Assembly: GCA_002723345.1 (NCBI GenBank)
Contig: PBNV01000003.1
Coordinates: 9,866 to 73,865, forward strand
DNA from: Rhodospirillaceae bacterium
GTDB taxonomy: Bacteria; Pseudomonadota; Alphaproteobacteria; Rhodospirillales; UBA2165
DNA: 64,000 bases
Direction of reading: 5' to 3'
Positions 61,288-64,000 of the stretch are shown in pieces. The notes beneath the pieces are model-generated. The model saw nothing but the letters and a program-made list of their open reading frames with translations. It searched no databases and was not told where the DNA came from. Each line of letters starts with the position of its first letter. Position 1 is the first letter of the stretch. Position numbers and translations under genes: made by a program.

Positions 61288-63309
61288 CTAGCGCAGTGCA
61301 GCTTCGATATTTCCGCCATCTACGGTGAGCACAGCCCCTGTAGTGCTCGGAGATAGAGCAAGATCCAAAAAAGCCTTTGCGACATCTTCAGCCGTTACTT
61401 CCCGGCCGAGAAGGTTTCCCGTCATATAATCTTTCCGCGATAATCCTCGGGCAAATGACCGTTCCACGATTATACCATCCGTCAGGAGGCCGGACCGGAT
61501 ACGGTCCGCATTAACCCCGTTAGCGCGGACACCGTCCTTGCCATGGTCGAGGGCATATTGCCGGACGAGAAAAAAGGTCCCAGCCTTCGGCAATCCGTAT
61601 GGACCGAAATTCTTGCCCGGATTCACAGCCTGTTTTGAGGTATTGAACAACAGGCAGCCACCTCGGCGGCCCGCACTGTTCTGCGCTCGCATGACGCGGA
61701 CCGCATTTTGCGCGACGGTTTGATGGGCAAAAAAATTGAGCTCGAAACTGTCCCTTAAGACACGGTCAGAGACAGTTCCGATCTCACCCTGCCAAGCGGC
61801 ACCAGCGTTAGATATGACGATGTCGATCCCACCATAAACCTTAATAGCCGCCTCAAAGGCACGGCGAACAGAACGCCTATCGGTAACATCCGTCTGCAAG
61901 GCAAATCCGCCAAATTCCGCAGCAACCGTCTTCGCGGCCGAATCGTTTAGATCGGTAACAACATCCTCAGCACCGGCTAATCGAAACGTTCGCGCCGTCT
62001 CAGCACCAATTCCTGATCCACCGCCGGTAATAAGAACCACATGTCCCTCCAGCGAGCGCCGAGGAGCTGCCGTTAATTTTGCGACTTCCGGTGGCCAGTA
62101 TTCGACGTCGAATATATCCGCCGCCGACGCAGGCACGAACCGACCGATTTTCTCGGCCAAGGTAATCACATCAATCGCCGTTTCTGCGAGATCCGCGGCA
62201 ATCGCGGCAGACGGCGCCGTCTCCCCAATGCCATACAGGCCGCTCCCCGGAACGAGCGCCACACGAGGTGCCGGGTCTCGCATCGTCATTTTCGGGCCGC
62301 GGCGCCCATTAAATTTTTTAAAATGCCGCGCGTATGCGGCGGCGTAACCATCCACGGCCTGTCCAACATCGGCGTCAATATCAAGAATTAACGGTTTTGC
62401 CTTGGTCCATATCACATGGTCCGGCGTGACCGGTCCAGCCTGGCCGTAGCGGGAGAGATCCCTGCCATTCACAAATAAACGAACAGCCTTATTCGACCTG
62501 AAATCCAAAATGGCCCCACCTGGCATATGCCTGAGTAATGCTCCCCGCAGCACGGGGGCAAAATCGGTATGCCGCACAGCGAGTACAGTGCGAGCCGCCG
62601 GAAAGATATTCCTCCTCCCGCCACGAAGGTGACGTTCCGCGCCGTTTACCAGTTCTATCATATGTCCGTAAGCGTCTTTCGCTGTCTTGCCAAACGTAAA
62701 GACGCCATGCTTCATAACGACAATGGCCTTCGCCCCAGGCGATCTTCGCACAGCTGCCGCCGCTCTCTTCGCCAAGGCAAACCCAGACATAGCATAGGGC
62801 AGGACGATCACCTCATCGCCGCAAATCTTTTCCACGATAGATTTACCGTTCGATTGATTCGTGAGCGCCAGCACCGCGTTAGCATGGCTATGGAAAATAT
62901 AAGGGGCGGGTAGAAAAGCGTGCAGCAAGGTCTCCACGGACGGTGCTGATTCTGATGGATGCAATTTCGCTCGCGTGAGGGCAGCCAGCATGTCGATGTC
63001 ACTCAGGGCATTCAGCTGTTCAAGACGGCGCAATTGCGCGAGGTCCAGTGTGGTAAATCCGTTTGCCTCGATATCGGCCAGATCATGACCACTTGCCTTA
63101 ACGTGGAGACCCTCGACCGACATCCCGGATAAATCGAAAACATGAGTTTTAACAGACGTATTACCGCCGCCGTGCAACACCAATTTCCGGTCGGCGCCCA
63201 GCAGCCGCGAGGCATAAATGCAGTCGGCCAACGGCTTTGGCACACCAGCACGACGGCCAGACCGTACTGCCGCGGCAGCTTTCTTATCTGACCACTGATT
63301 TTTCATCAT
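61288..63309 (-). CDS. bifunctional class II aldolase/adducin-domain + SDR protein (rhamnulose-1-phosphate aldolase/alcohol dehydrogenase-like)
   Basis: About 673 aa. The N-terminal half is aldolase-like (..VLHGGGNTSVK..HSHANAV..). The C-terminal half is an SDR (VVLITGGGSGIGAET, NAGAA). ATG 63307-63309 is preferred over TTG 63321. Confidence 0.85.
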   Translation of the reverse strand: MMKNQWSDKKAAAAVRSGRRAGVPKPLADCIYASRLLGADRKLVLHGGGNTSVKTHVFDLSGMSVEGLHVKASGHDLADIEANGFTTLDLAQLRRLEQLNALSDIDMLAALTRAKLHPSESAPSVETLLHAFLPAPYIFHSHANAVLALTNQSNGKSIVEKICGDEVIVLPYAMSGFALAKRAAAAVRRSPGAKAIVVMKHGVFTFGKTAKDAYGHMIELVNGAERHLRGGRRNIFPAARTVLAVRHTDFAPVLRGALLRHMPGGAILDFRSNKAVRLFVNGRDLSRYGQAGPVTPDHVIWTKAKPLILDIDADVGQAVDGYAAAYARHFKKFNGRRGPKMTMRDPAPRVALVPGSGLYGIGETAPSAAIAADLAETAIDVITLAEKIGRFVPASAADIFDVEYWPPEVAKLTAAPRRSLEGHVVLITGGGSGIGAETARTFRLAGAEDVVTDLNDSAAKTVAAEFGGFALQTDVTDRRSVRRAFEAAIKVYGGIDIVISNAGAAWQGEIGTVSDRVLRDSFELNFFAHQTVAQNAVRVMRAQNSAGRRGGCLLFNTSKQAVNPGKNFGPYGLPKAGTFFLVRQYALDHGKDGVRANGVNADRIRSGLLTDGIIVERSFARGLSRKDYMTGNLLGREVTAEDVAKAFLDLALSPSTTGAVLTVDGGNIEAALR

Positions 63310-63604
63310 TACAGTCTGCAAGATTTACCTGGAAATTTCCACGGGGTTTTATAGCAAGTACCCTCTCAAAGATTGCGCGGAGGATATACATAATCAATTA
63401 TCCGGCAGAGCAGACCTACTGCACTACCCCAAAATTATTTAGACAACACGTTGTTCTTATTATTTGAGGCCCGTATTCTTGGGTGCAGCGGTCATCTCGG
63501 TCGAGCGCTGAGTGCCATAACCCCGTTTTTAAGCAAAATGATCGCTATTGAGAGCTATGTCCGTACAACGTGTAATATTTTTTGCAATAGAGTGGTTTTT
63601 ACAA

Positions 63605-64000
63605 ATGTTACCCACCCGACAAATCTTGGCACTCTCGTGGCCGCTCCTACTGCTAGCTGCCTGCACAGGCAACAGCTTCGCCGATCAGCCGTTTTTTAAT
63701 CCAACGAAATACCACCACACAGTGGATGGTTTCAGGAATCCTCCTGGTAGCCCAGAAAACGTTCGCCGCCCGGCGCGTTTTTTTTCCTTTCTCTGGGGAC
63801 GGATTACCGAAGACAACGGCCCCATCAAGCTGCCGGACAATCATATCTTGCCCTCTTCAGAAGCGATCAAACAATTCCATGGATCGCCCACCTGGTCTCG
63901 CATTACCTGGATTGGCCACGCTTCTTTTTTGATCGGTTGGAATGGCGTAAATATTCTGAGCGATCCTCATTTTTCCGAACGCTCATCACCTTTTTCCTTT
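63605..64000 (+). CDS. MBL-fold metallo-hydrolase lipoprotein (NAPE-PLD/beta-lactamase_3-like), 5' partial, runs off the window
   Basis: Not in the ORF track because no stop is reached. ATG 63605 gives MLPTRQILALSWPLLLLAAC (lipobox), then ..FFNPTKYHHTVDGFRNP..ITWIGHASFLIGWNGVNILSDPHFSERSSPFSF, open to position 64000. Confidence 0.7.
   Translation, partial: MLPTRQILALSWPLLLLAACTGNSFADQPFFNPTKYHHTVDGFRNPPGSPENVRRPARFFSFLWGRITEDNGPIKLPDNHILPSSEAIKQFHGSPTWSRITWIGHASFLIGWNGVNILSDPHFSERSSPFSF

Noticed and set aside
1-64000. Search for CRISPR arrays, IS elements/transposases, integrases, prophage genes, toxin-antitoxin pairs and known defence-system ATPases, helicases or nucleases
   Set aside because: None recognised. 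There are no short-repeat arrays and no DDE or tyrosine-recombinase motifs. The only nuclease is the secreted SNase-like protein, which is discussed separately in the findings.

Overview
Gene-dense 64-kb chromosomal segment with about 60 CDS, one tRNA and the RNase P RNA. It is from a Gram-negative aerobe, most likely an alphaproteobacterium; that is a guess from the type-A rnpB, the RpoE-ChrR module, the long-form dcd and the many TAXI-TRAP and CoA-pathway genes. All functional calls come from motif and family recognition by eye; no database search was possible.

Layout:
(1) 0-11.5 kb: an ECF sigma/anti-sigma pair (rpoE-chrR) sits between two mirror-image TGATCC-N16-CGTAwT promoters. One drives rpoE-chrR. 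The other drives a divergent 5-gene operon collinear with the Rhodobacter furan-fatty-acid (UfaD/UfaO) singlet-oxygen operon. Flanking genes are a c-type cytochrome interrupted by one in-frame TAA, a string of four overlapping genes (flavoprotein/DUF3429/DCC/small membrane protein), and a convergent secreted-protein/SDR/NTF2 trio.
(2) 11.9-20.9 kb: assorted oxidoreductases, GST-zeta, TAXI-TRAP system 1, CIA30/TspO and TauE.
(3) About 20.9-30.2 kb: an AT-rich island abutting the 3' end of tRNA-Ser(GCU). It carries an FAD monooxygenase, a translationally coupled MFP-RND-secreted nuclease operon, a second TauE and an M23 peptidase. No integrase or att repeat is visible.
(4) 30.4-48 kb: catabolic operons. 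These are MarR plus a Rieske dioxygenase; ACAD/CoA-transferase/MaoC/CitE-like; TAXI-TRAP system 2 with a hydrolase; TauD plus an enolase-superfamily enzyme; a scar made of two gene fragments; and a cyclase plus a ThDP enzyme.
(5) 48-64 kb: Fe-S protein/N-terminally extended adenylate-forming ligase/TetR operon, REC-GGDEF, a second ThDP enzyme, YeeE plus a periplasmic rhodanese, rnpB, dienelactone hydrolase, dcd, an orphan LsrF-like aldolase, an aldolase/SDR fusion, and an MBL-fold lipoprotein gene that runs off the window and is absent from the ORF track.

No CRISPR array, IS element, integrase, phage gene or recognisable defence gene was seen. The most promising poorly understood units are the sigma-E lipid-modification regulon, the RND-nuclease operon on the island, the TAXI-TRAP/TauD/enolase catabolic cluster, and the Fe-S/extended-ligase operon.
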